A DNA stretch of 52,842 nt, taken from IMG/VR virus record IMGVR_UViG_3300006153_000005; one strand, 5' to 3'. The notes under the pieces are model-generated. The model was not told the origin of the DNA, ran no database searches, and saw nothing but the letters and a program-made list of their open reading frames with translations. Origin of the DNA: a virus (Duplodnaviria; Heunggongvirae; Uroviricota; Caudoviricetes). Shown in pieces: positions 36,960-45,508 of this stretch (the stretch's first letter is position 1; each line of letters starts with the position of its first letter). The position numbers and the translations under genes are program-made.

Positions 36960-37384
36960 TGGTGGAGCCGAGGGGATTCGCACCCCTGTCCGAAATTCCT
37001 ACATGAGCAAGACCTTCTTACACAATAGACGATTTTCCAGCGATGCCTTGCGGCGGGCACTTGCGATACCGTCAAATCTTTCCTAGGGCGTACTGGTTTG
37101 TACACCTCCACCACCTTGTCTTTATTTTACAGAAGCACAAGGAGAAACTGCACGTGCTGGATGATTCTTTAACCGCAGACGCTTACCCATATCCAGCTGG
37201 TGCGTCGTTTTGGAATCCAGCCACCAATCAGGCAGCAGCCCTCTCAGCCACAAAAGCAGCAAAAGCGGGGTGGATCATTACAACAGATTCAGTGTTGTCA
37301 TTTCATTTTTAGGTATGCCTTTAGGCGGTCATCTACCTGTGAGTCTTGCACTCTCAAAACCCCGTCGAATCTAAAAACGGCCCC
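36960..37384 (-). ncRNA. ssrA: tmRNA
   Basis: 5' GGGGCCG..GAUUCGAC; G3.U70; 3' T arm plus ACCA; tag frame 37299-37228 = DNTESVVMIHPAFAAFVAERAAA*. Confidence 0.95.
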
Positions 37385-37407
37385 ATATAGAATTGTCAAA
37401 GTACCTA

Positions 37408-37483
37408 TGGTCGGGACGAGAAGAATTGAACTTCTGACCGCACGATTATCAGTCGTGTGCTCTACCAACTGAGCTATATCCCG
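37408..37483 (-). tRNA. tRNA-Ile(GAU)
   Basis: Cloverleaf; loop CTGATAA; CCA. Confidence 0.96.
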
Positions 37484-37597
37484 ATTTAGCGATATGCGTC
37501 CGAAGAACCTCGTTCATGACCGATAGGTTTCTGACAGGAATAGTAGTTAAGTAATGAACTGAACCACACAAGCGTCAGCATAACCAACATATCTTGC

Positions 37598-37673
37598 TGG
37601 TGGAATTAGGGAGGATCGAACTCCCGACCTCCTGCTTGCAAAACAGGCGCTCTCCCAACTGAGCTACAACCCC
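37598..37673 (-). tRNA. tRNA-Ala(UGC)
   Basis: Cloverleaf; G3.U70; loop TTTGCAA; CCA. Confidence 0.97.
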
Positions 37674-37699
37674 ATACATTGATTTTGTTTGTTTCTAAG

Positions 37700-38332
37700 G
37701 AAAATTTAATCTTTCCATCATACTCACCACTGGGCCTTCGCCCTACCTCCATAATCTTCTTCATTGTTCCGCCACCAGGGAGACAAGTCTGAGCTTCGGG
37801 GAGCGACCCCTAACTTCTTGCCCCAGCGCCATAGCGCCACCTCCTACGTGAGCCTGTTTACTCACAAATTTCACCGTTCGTTCAGAAAAGTTTTGAATTA
37901 AATACTTACTTTTATAGTAATTTCTTCAAAAGATTTTGCAATCTGTCCTACGGCTACTCTAACCAGTGACTTTCGTTATAGCCGGATTTCTCCGACATCA
38001 AGACAGGAGCGCATTGTTGGTTTTACCTCCGTATCTCTCGGCTACCACACCGAGCTACTGCAAGGCTTATTCTCCACAGGAGCGTCTATTGTTGCGCCCG
38101 AAAGTTCTGTGCGTTATGAAGCGATAACTCTTGGCGACATATGTTTCTGTTGGCGGTTTCCGCCTCCCCACCGTACATCACTGTACAGTAGCGGCCTCAC
38201 TTGAAAGGTATCCCTATGCTACGATGTCCATAGACAATCGCCAAGTCAAACCGAAAATACCATACGCCTCGGAGTGCTGACACACTTTGTTCACCGAGTT
38301 AGTAATAAGCATGATGCAAAGATTAAATTTTC
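37700..38332 (-). ncRNA. Large ornate RNA, ROOL-like (633 nt)
   Basis: 5' and 3' ends pair over 32 nt (31 pairs, 4 of them G.U on the minus strand); dense internal hairpins; no ORF; tRNA-array context; size fits ROOL. Confidence 0.72.
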
Positions 38333-38343
38333 AAGGAACATTG

Positions 38344-38411
38344 ATTTTGTTCGCCGCTATGGTTATAGTATAGCACGCTCTGAACCAGATGTCAATAGCG
38401 GCGAACAAAAT
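38344..38411 (-). promoter_or_regulatory. sigma70 promoter of the RNA island, bracketed by a perfect 17-bp inverted repeat
   Basis: TTGACA(38395-90)-N17-TATACT(38372-67) with extended TG; arms ATTTTGTTCGCCGCTAT (38344-60) and ATAGCGGCGAACAAAAT (38395-411). Confidence 0.85.
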
Positions 38412-38415
38412 TTTT

Positions 38416-38733
38416 TCAATTTTTTTCTGCTCTGCTCAACAAGCGGAGTTTCCCAGGGTCGTTAGCCTTTACAGCCTCTTTCAAATTATCACCAGGACGG
38501 AACACAACCACCCGATAATCGTCCATTTGTCTTTGCTTTTTGGTATGGATGTCTCGCACAAGACATCCTTTCCTTGTCTTCACCTCAAATGTCCCAAATC
38601 CCCGAATTGTTACTTTCTCGCCATGAGCCAACGCCTCTGCAATGACATGGAACACATCGTTGATTACAGCACCAGCCTGATTTTTGTAATAGTCCATCTC
38701 GGACAAGGCAACTACAAGATCGTTTTTGAGCAC
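38416..38733 (-). CDS. hup: HU/IHF-family DNA-binding protein
   Basis: ALAHGEKVTIRGFGTFEVKTRK...VVFRPG...LKEAV signature. Confidence 0.92.
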   Translation of the reverse strand: MLKNDLVVALSEMDYYKNQAGAVINDVFHVIAEALAHGEKVTIRGFGTFEVKTRKGCLVRDIHTKKQRQMDDYRVVVFRPGDNLKEAVKANDPGKLRLLSRAEKN

Positions 38734-38744
38734 ATGATCACTCC

Positions 38745-39983
38745 TCAGTTCAGTTTGATCTGATAATATGCGTCAGCGCCAATCCCAGGCGTAAACACCA
38801 TCATCAGTTGACCCGGAGTGGAATATAACCGCTTCCCGTTCGCATACTCGTCAGTTCCGCAAAGGCACCTTACGATCATGCTCTCAATGCCCAATTCCTC
38901 AAATTCCTCTTTGTGGTGCTTATCAGCAAGGATAACATAATCAATTCCAGAGCCATATTTCTTCACAAACAGAGTGTTCAACGTCCTGCCGGCGTTCTTC
39001 ACACTGTCAAGGTCGCCGTGAGTGGCGCAAATCTGATAACCACACACATTAAAGTATAGAAATTCGTAATACTCAGCTTGGGGAAATTGAATGTCGCCCC
39101 TATCACCCAGTCGTTGTTCCAGCCACCAAGGAATCAGACGCTCCATGTTATCCGCGTGAATGCTGTCTTGTTTATTCTGGACGGTGCGCAAATGATTTCC
39201 GTAGGTTGCGTGTACCACCGTTTCGTCAACTACATCTGCCAGAGCAGCCACTGCTTGGGCAATAATTTCCGACACCTGCATCACCTGATCGCACACCAAC
39301 TCTTCAGAGGCAACACGGGCACTGGTGTGAATCGCACCGTGGGCCATATCCCCCAGCAGAAGGATATGAAGCCTCCGACAGCGATGCAGTCTGATCCGTT
39401 CGATTGCCGTTTCCACCAACCGTTCCACACGACAGCGGCACACTTCGGTATTATAACGCTCCCAGATGTTATCTGTCACCATACCATAGTGCCAATCCGC
39501 AAACACAATAACCGCTTCGTTATCACCATAGGCGTAAACGGAAGATTTGTCTATATTCAGAGGCGTAGACTCGTTCAATGCCGCAGCCGCCTCCACAAGA
39601 CGGTCTTCCAGATTTTCAGTCCGTCCAATGCGGTCAACCAGCTTGTTAAACTCACGCCGCTGATCAAAGAGCCGTTTAGATTCTTTTCTGGCTTCAGCAA
39701 TTTTGATATCAAGCTCTCCCAGATATTGCTCTTTATCCGGTCGGTCTACCGCTGCATACTTTCGCTTAAAGTGTTGGGCGACGGCATAGCCAGAGTATGG
39801 CGTAACAGACGCCGCTTTCCTCAGACTATCCCGATGACAGTCCAGCTGAGTCGCCTCTACGATATCTTCCCAGTCCAGGTCGTCCGGTTTCTGCTCCATC
39901 TTAATTTCAATCAGACGAAGCCCATACTCGTAAAGATCTTCACCATCTTTTTGCTCGTACTTAGGGTTCACGAATTGTTTCAC
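38745..39983 (-). CDS. Calcineurin-like metallophosphoesterase/nuclease (SPbeta YonJ-like position)
   Basis: DWH, GD, GNH, HGD, DKHH motifs. Confidence 0.85.
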   Translation of the reverse strand: MKQFVNPKYEQKDGEDLYEYGLRLIEIKMEQKPDDLDWEDIVEATQLDCHRDSLRKAASVTPYSGYAVAQHFKRKYAAVDRPDKEQYLGELDIKIAEARKESKRLFDQRREFNKLVDRIGRTENLEDRLVEAAAALNESTPLNIDKSSVYAYGDNEAVIVFADWHYGMVTDNIWERYNTEVCRCRVERLVETAIERIRLHRCRRLHILLLGDMAHGAIHTSARVASEELVCDQVMQVSEIIAQAVAALADVVDETVVHATYGNHLRTVQNKQDSIHADNMERLIPWWLEQRLGDRGDIQFPQAEYYEFLYFNVCGYQICATHGDLDSVKNAGRTLNTLFVKKYGSGIDYVILADKHHKEEFEELGIESMIVRCLCGTDEYANGKRLYSTPGQLMMVFTPGIGADAYYQIKLN

Positions 39984-40174
39984 CTCTCTTCTGTCGGCGG
40001 CAATTCTATCTGTCGCTCAATTATTAGTGTAATATTGGGTACTCCACTCCACCGTTTTAGAATTTCCTCTATGCTGTAGGTGTTTACTTTATCCCTGTGA
40101 AATTCCGTCAAGGTTCCGTCAGAACAGTCGATTGTGACATTTGTATATTGTTCTCTTTGCTCCTGAAAGGCCAT
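39980..40174 (-). CDS. YonK-like small protein
   Basis: 64 aa; YSIEEILKRWSG...ITLIIERQIELP resembles SPbeta YonK; adjacent to the phosphoesterase as in SPbeta. Confidence 0.55.
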   Translation of the reverse strand: MAFQEQREQYTNVTIDCSDGTLTEFHRDKVNTYSIEEILKRWSGVPNITLIIERQIELPPTEER

Positions 40175-40410
40175 CAACACTCACCACTCTGGCTTTTTCT
40201 TCGCGCATCCCGTAGCGCACGTTGGCGGTCAAACTCCTTCACCCTTTCTGCAGCCGCAGAATTACTGTCGGCAATCGGACGCATCAGCTCCTCGCTCTCC
40301 GTACAGAAATAGTGATGCCGTTTGGAATCTTGCTTCATGGTACGGGGAAATTTATAATGCGGGAACAGTTTGACCAGTAGGTCTTTCTCTTGCTTGGTAA
40401 TCGAAATCAC
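40174..40410 (-). CDS. Small hypothetical protein
   Basis: GTG start with RBS; stop overlaps the next start (TGATG). Confidence 0.65.
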   Translation of the reverse strand: MISITKQEKDLLVKLFPHYKFPRTMKQDSKRHHYFCTESEELMRPIADSNSAAAERVKEFDRQRALRDARRKSQSGEC

Positions 40411-40472
40411 GAAAAACTCATCCTTTTCATATAGATTCGAGGGGCTTGATTTTGTTCGTTACTTCCCCTTCA

Positions 40473-40539
40473 TAATTTGACCACAAAAATGCTATTCCTA
40501 ACCGCCGAGCAACCTCGGCGGTTAGGTGTGGTCAAATTA
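40473..40539. terminator. Long bulged hairpin (terminator or processing site) after the RNA polymerase gene
   Basis: 13-bp outer and 13-bp inner perfect stems with an 11-nt bulge and CAAC loop. Confidence 0.6.
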
Positions 40540-40587
40540 GAATTTTTCTACCAAAAAGCAATAATTCACACCCGGATTTGTGCTTTT

Positions 40588-43422
40588 TCAACGAATACAG
40601 TCGGCCAAATTCGCCGGAATCACCATCTCTCTGCGGAATCGGAAGTCATAGATTTCGATACTTCCTGCGATATTTTCATCTTCTACCAGCAACGGGATTG
40701 GTGTCCGGCTTTGCTCGATCAAATTCAAGAAGTCCTGATTGGGCAAAGAAAATAGCGCATAGAAAAGAGTCCTTGAAATTTCCTTGTTGGCTGGATCTTC
40801 GATTGCCAATAGTAAGCGGTATGCCGTATGACGATTTAGTTTGAGCTTTTCAATGTAGCTCAGGTATTCCTGTCTAACCTCGTTTACCAGAATCGCCTTA
40901 CCGTAGTTATCCAGATCGTCGTCTGTACCGTTCCAAATCATTTGAATCTTGGATCTCATATCACGCACAAACTCCAGGATACGGTCTACCTGCGGATATT
41001 TGACAGAACGAGCGGAATATTCATCTTTGGGCATCAGCAATGCAGAAAACGGCACATAATCACGATGAACATGATTGACACGGAAAGTATTCAGACTGTG
41101 CTGTAGGTAGTCCATCGTAGTATCGTGGAATTTGTAATTCTTCCGATCACTGTCATAATACCCTTTCATACGGGCAATCTTTCCGAAAAAGTTGGGTTTG
41201 ATTTGCCTACCATCATCATCTCGTGCCTCGTGCTTCTTTCTCAGCCTTTTAATCTCCGCTACACTATCTACGGCGTATTCCCGTTTGGCTTTGTCGATTT
41301 CGATGTTAGAAAGCACATCCAACTGGGCAATTTCACAGTAAAGCTCCTCCACCTCGGAGAAGTCTGCGCCGCTGTTCAGTGCATCCCATAGTTTAGTATT
41401 CAGCTCTTGCGAGAGATTTACAATCTCACCAATCTTGTTGACCGATGTTTTGATGTCCAAATCGGACTGATCCGCACGAGTGTAATGCCGCACAATCTTC
41501 TTGGCGTCAACCAGACTTGTAGGAACCAAGAAGCGATTATAATTCCTCTCTGCGGCACCAATTAGGATGGGATTGTCAGTTAAAAGCATAGTATCCGAGT
41601 CAAAATCAGCACCGGATAAACGGAATAAGATATTCTCCTCAATACTGTTGACACACACGACTTCTTTAGTGAGATTGAAAAAACGCTCAATTTCTGAATT
41701 TTCACGGTTTTTTGTCAACAGAATATTCCCCATTGTTACATGAGGACTGCGGGAGCCAAGAATGGTCTGATTGAAGCGAAAGCGCTTGCTATAAATATTG
41801 CCAGCTCCAATTTGGCTTGTGCCATCAAACGACCCAATAGCCGCATACAGCATTTCCATCGGATTACCCAGCAAAGTAGAGTAATTGCCGTCAACCAAAA
41901 TATGACCTCTGCGAATGTCCTTTTTGAACGCTTTGCTTATGTCGTGCTTGAAGTCTTCATACAGACGGGTATTTGCAAATTTATCTGTAACCCCTAACAT
42001 CTGATAGACGATATCATTTGTGGTTGGTGCTGCGTTAATCGGCTTATCAACACCAGAATAACGGATATGATACCGCAATACTGCCGGGTCATTCTGAATC
42101 ATTCTCAGATAGTCCAACGACGGTTTCACCAACAAATCTACTTCCTGTTGCGTCATCTGCAAAGTATTCAGCAGCTGGTAATGAATCTGAACCATACGTC
42201 CATCAAAGAAGTCCGTAGGCTTCTCATATTTCACCACACCAAAATCACCGTCATCTTCTAAGAGCCTCAGCCACGTTTCCAACGGGCCAAACTTTACATA
42301 CTTGATGCTGCTTGGCGTCGTGATGATTTTGATGTCACTAATCGAATTTGCGAGAGTAAACCCGTTTAGCTGGGACACCTCTGTGATTCCTTGAGCAGCA
42401 AAAAACTCCTGAATATTGCAGTTGAAGCAAGCCGACTTGAAGAAGCGGTTGCGGAGCAGGATCATTCCGTGTTCACCATACTCTGCCATTGCACTCTTGT
42501 CTATCAAAGACTGTCCATCCCAGATGCTATTCTCAACTTCAACATCTTCTGGCTGAGATGATAGCCACCCATCATCCCCAACTCTGGTGGCGATTACTCG
42601 ATCTTTGAACTTACTGGTATAATCGTCAATCACCAGGAAGTTTTCGGGACGAAGTGGAATTGTACCAATGATACTGCTCAACGTCAGAGCAATGTAAGCC
42701 TCAAATCCGGCCAGGTCAAGGTCTTGCCCATCTCGGATGTGTAAACCGCACTGCTCCCATTTGTGCATACGAGGATAAAGCCGTTCATCAATAAAGAGGC
42801 ACTTGCCAACCCGACCGCTGCCAGCAGAACGCTTAAACCTCCGAAAACGAATACCGTCACACACAAAGCCATCATGGTACAACCGACTCCGTAACTGGGC
42901 AGCGGTAAAGACAACTTTCATACTTTTTCCCAGCTTGTAAACACCGTCCTCAAACACAAACAGATTCCCCAAGACTGAAGACTCCACAGGCTGATCCACT
43001 GGGTTATCTACTCGAACAGCGATCAATTCTCCGTCCTTTATGCAGATATTGTCTACCAACTCTACATCAGACGGGAGATAACCGTATTTGATATAGGTTT
43101 TATCGAAAAAACGGTTAAACTCCTTGACACTGTACTTAAACGTTACATTGATGACTCGACGGCAATATTCTTTGCCTCGTTTGAAGAAAGTAAAGTCCAT
43201 TCTACGGTAGATTTTCTCAAAGACCTCACGCATTTTAATAAGATCCAGACTGTAATCCAGCGTATTCACAAACCGTTTCGTATTAAATTCACCACGATTG
43301 TCTCCGCTACTATACCTCACGGTATATTCCGTACAACAATCATTGGAATAGTTGGACAAAAACAAATCCTTTGCGTCCGCAGACACGATGTACACTGAAT
43401 TATTGATAGGTCTACCCTCCAT
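40588..43422 (-). CDS. yonO: Single-subunit RNA polymerase of the eukaryotic-RdRP-like / SPbeta YonO family
   Basis: 944 aa; RSPH (first barrel) and LSGADFDSD (catalytic DxDxD); location upstream of late genes as in SPbeta. Confidence 0.88.
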   Translation of the reverse strand: MEGRPINNSVYIVSADAKDLFLSNYSNDCCTEYTVRYSSGDNRGEFNTKRFVNTLDYSLDLIKMREVFEKIYRRMDFTFFKRGKEYCRRVINVTFKYSVKEFNRFFDKTYIKYGYLPSDVELVDNICIKDGELIAVRVDNPVDQPVESSVLGNLFVFEDGVYKLGKSMKVVFTAAQLRSRLYHDGFVCDGIRFRRFKRSAGSGRVGKCLFIDERLYPRMHKWEQCGLHIRDGQDLDLAGFEAYIALTLSSIIGTIPLRPENFLVIDDYTSKFKDRVIATRVGDDGWLSSQPEDVEVENSIWDGQSLIDKSAMAEYGEHGMILLRNRFFKSACFNCNIQEFFAAQGITEVSQLNGFTLANSISDIKIITTPSSIKYVKFGPLETWLRLLEDDGDFGVVKYEKPTDFFDGRMVQIHYQLLNTLQMTQQEVDLLVKPSLDYLRMIQNDPAVLRYHIRYSGVDKPINAAPTTNDIVYQMLGVTDKFANTRLYEDFKHDISKAFKKDIRRGHILVDGNYSTLLGNPMEMLYAAIGSFDGTSQIGAGNIYSKRFRFNQTILGSRSPHVTMGNILLTKNRENSEIERFFNLTKEVVCVNSIEENILFRLSGADFDSDTMLLTDNPILIGAAERNYNRFLVPTSLVDAKKIVRHYTRADQSDLDIKTSVNKIGEIVNLSQELNTKLWDALNSGADFSEVEELYCEIAQLDVLSNIEIDKAKREYAVDSVAEIKRLRKKHEARDDDGRQIKPNFFGKIARMKGYYDSDRKNYKFHDTTMDYLQHSLNTFRVNHVHRDYVPFSALLMPKDEYSARSVKYPQVDRILEFVRDMRSKIQMIWNGTDDDLDNYGKAILVNEVRQEYLSYIEKLKLNRHTAYRLLLAIEDPANKEISRTLFYALFSLPNQDFLNLIEQSRTPIPLLVEDENIAGSIEIYDFRFRREMVIPANLADCIR

Positions 43423-43759
43423 TCTTTATCCGAACCAAATCACCGTACCAGAATAGCCACTTGGGTTCCTCCACCAGTTCAATGATTGCGGAAAATCCAT
43501 CCTCCCGCTTCCGATATAAGCGAACAGTGAATACCTTATCCCTACTGGACTCAACAAAAGCCTGATACTCCTCTGTCGTTTGGGCATAGTCCTCACGCTT
43601 GGTGATACGGTCAACATCCAATTTAACCAAATCACCTTCATGCAATGGGTTCTCAATCTCCTGAGAGAGCTTGTTGAGTTTATCCGCCGCGTGCTCCCGC
43701 ACGCTCTTTTTGTGTTTCTTTTGAAACGCTCTACGTTGTTCACGATTCACTGACATCAA
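43412..43759 (-). CDS. Hypothetical protein
   Basis: 115-aa ORF overlapping both neighbours. Confidence 0.6.
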   Translation of the reverse strand: MMSVNREQRRAFQKKHKKSVREHAADKLNKLSQEIENPLHEGDLVKLDVDRITKREDYAQTTEEYQAFVESSRDKVFTVRLYRKREDGFSAIIELVEEPKWLFWYGDLVRIKNGG

Positions 43760-43940
43760 CCTCCCCGTCAGAATAATCGTTGATCATCTTTTGATACTCC
43801 TCCGCATTCTCTTTCAAGATGCGGGAATAATAATTCTCGTTCTCCTCTGATTCGTCAGCCGGTGTATAGTCCGAGCAGTACCCAGGACACTCACCGCCAC
43901 ACTGATCTTTCCAGATACATTCTTGATTAGCGGTGTTCAT
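43740..43940 (-). CDS. Small Cys-rich hypothetical protein
   Basis: CIWKDQCGGECPGYC; coupled to the upstream stop codon. Confidence 0.6.
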   Translation of the reverse strand: MNTANQECIWKDQCGGECPGYCSDYTPADESEENENYYSRILKENAEEYQKMINDYSDGEVDVSES

Positions 43941-44269
43941 TTGCTACCTCCTTCCGTTGTCTCCACCGCTGCGTCAGCTTTCCTTAAATCCTCCAAACGC
44001 TTCTGTCTTGCCAATTCAAGTCTTGCCTTTGACGCCGCAATTTGCTCCGCCGATAGATTGCTTTTCTTCTTCGGCCTGATTCTAAACCAGTCAGCCGGGA
44101 GTTGAACCAAAATACTCCCGTCATTGTTTACGTGCCGAATATCCACTTCGCCCGGATATTCTTCATGTAATCGTTGAATCTCCCTAATCCACTTCTTTTC
44201 AGATGTAGAAAAGGTAGCTGTCTTTTCTCCGTAAATATGATCCCATGCAGTTTCTTTGATGTCTTCCAT
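43937..44269 (-). CDS. Hypothetical protein
   Basis: 110-aa ORF with RBS. Confidence 0.6.
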   Translation of the reverse strand: MEDIKETAWDHIYGEKTATFSTSEKKWIREIQRLHEEYPGEVDIRHVNNDGSILVQLPADWFRIRPKKKSNLSAEQIAASKARLELARQKRLEDLRKADAAVETTEGGSK

Positions 44270-44287
44270 AACTTCACCGCCTTGATT

Positions 44288-45508
44288 TTATTCGTCGTTA
44301 TCGGAGGAAGAAAGATCAATCAACCACTGCTTCAGTAGTTCTCGCATACGCCGGCTAGGAACATAAATCCAGATTTCTTTCCCGTCACGAATTGCAGACC
44401 GCCAAATCCACTGAATCATTTCGCCCAAAGCATACTCATTCTCTTTCACTTCTACGCCATGATCCATAAAGTAATTCTTCATCAGGGGGTTATAGAACAC
44501 ATTGACGCAGTAGGCCAGATGATCCCTACCACGATATATGTTTGTCGCTCGGATGTTGTACGAGAGAAATCCTTTGGTATAACCCTTACCTTTCAAGATG
44601 TCCTGATAGTTTTTGAAAGTAGTCCATAGATTTTGTCCGGTCGAAGAGCCAAACCGATTCGTGAACACGTTTACAAGATTGTTTCTCATCTGGCGAAGCT
44701 GAGGTTGACCTTTTGCTTTTCGCGCCCGATCATACCACGAGGAAGACAGACTTGCATACTGATCTCCAATCTTATTCAGCTTTGTGTCCTCTAAGATGTG
44801 GATTTTTTCATGCAAAGTCTTCACATACTCTGGCATATGCACATAGTCCGTAAAATGGTACTCACCACGCTCATACACCGTCCCGATTTTCTGAACCTCG
44901 ATTCCCGCCATGTCGAAGTAGTATTTTTGCATTTGAGCGTCGAACATATAGGTCAAAATAATAACATCCTGAAAAGCGTGAAAAACTTCGATAGGATACA
45001 GCCAAAGCATCAGGCACTCTTTGTAGAGAATGACATTGCCAGTCATACACATATCCCGCAAGTCTTCAAAACGGCCCTCGTAATCTTCTTTGACCCACCG
45101 CACTCGGCAGTCATCGTCCACCTCAATCATCTCAGTGCGAAGCATTTTCAAGTCTTTTTGGGATATTTCAAGGTTTTGCGCCACCTGGAACACCTCATCC
45201 AGAATGAGTTTATACCCTCCGTCCCGAATGAGTGAAATTGTCTCAGTGGTATACATCTCAAACAGAGAGTGAGTGCTGGCAATATTGCACCTCTCCGCCA
45301 ACAGCCGGTGTAAATCCCCCAGCTTCCGGTTCCCTTTGTTCTGCGGATCTTTGAAATCCCGCACGGCACAGCTCCGTTTGATACGCTCCACCTCATCCAG
45401 ATATGGAGTAATGAAGATATATCGGCTCTCCTCGTCACTGTTCATTAGGGTAATCGCGCTCTCGGTCTTGCCAGCTCCCATAATCATATCGCACACTTTA
45501 ACCGTCAC
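44288..45508 (-). CDS. P-loop NTPase, SF2 helicase-like
   Basis: N-terminal MGAGKT Walker A; LILDEV Walker B; ILTY; QWIWRSAIR. Confidence 0.75.
   Translation of the reverse strand: MTVKVCDMIMGAGKTESAITLMNSDEESRYIFITPYLDEVERIKRSCAVRDFKDPQNKGNRKLGDLHRLLAERCNIASTHSLFEMYTTETISLIRDGGYKLILDEVFQVAQNLEISQKDLKMLRTEMIEVDDDCRVRWVKEDYEGRFEDLRDMCMTGNVILYKECLMLWLYPIEVFHAFQDVIILTYMFDAQMQKYYFDMAGIEVQKIGTVYERGEYHFTDYVHMPEYVKTLHEKIHILEDTKLNKIGDQYASLSSSWYDRARKAKGQPQLRQMRNNLVNVFTNRFGSSTGQNLWTTFKNYQDILKGKGYTKGFLSYNIRATNIYRGRDHLAYCVNVFYNPLMKNYFMDHGVEVKENEYALGEMIQWIWRSAIRDGKEIWIYVPSRRMRELLKQWLIDLSSSDNDE

Noticed and set aside
33856-37472. The many short ORF-track calls overlapping the tRNA/tmRNA island
   Set aside because: They overlap tRNAs or structured RNAs and lack RBS; only 34745..34975 and 35445..35642 have translation signals
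37488-37596. Hammerhead ribozyme (CUGACG...GAAA...UUC)
   Set aside because: A9 and stem II are missing, and CUGAC pairs directly with GUCAG instead
33272-37673. HDV-like theta ribozymes in tRNA 3' trailers
   Set aside because: No P1/P3-L3 (UUCCCGU-type) arrangement found right after any tRNA, and all true tRNAs encode CCA; by-eye search only
37974-37993. RNase P RNA (minus-strand AGAAAUCCGGCUAUA resembles the P4 3' strand)
   Set aside because: No matching 5' GAGGAAAGUCC-type strand upstream; the segment lies inside the end-paired ROOL-like RNA
39078-40079. 333-aa plus-strand ORF (also 21632..22423, 25995..26732 and similar)
   Set aside because: Antisense shadows of well-supported minus-strand genes; no RBS or recognisable motifs
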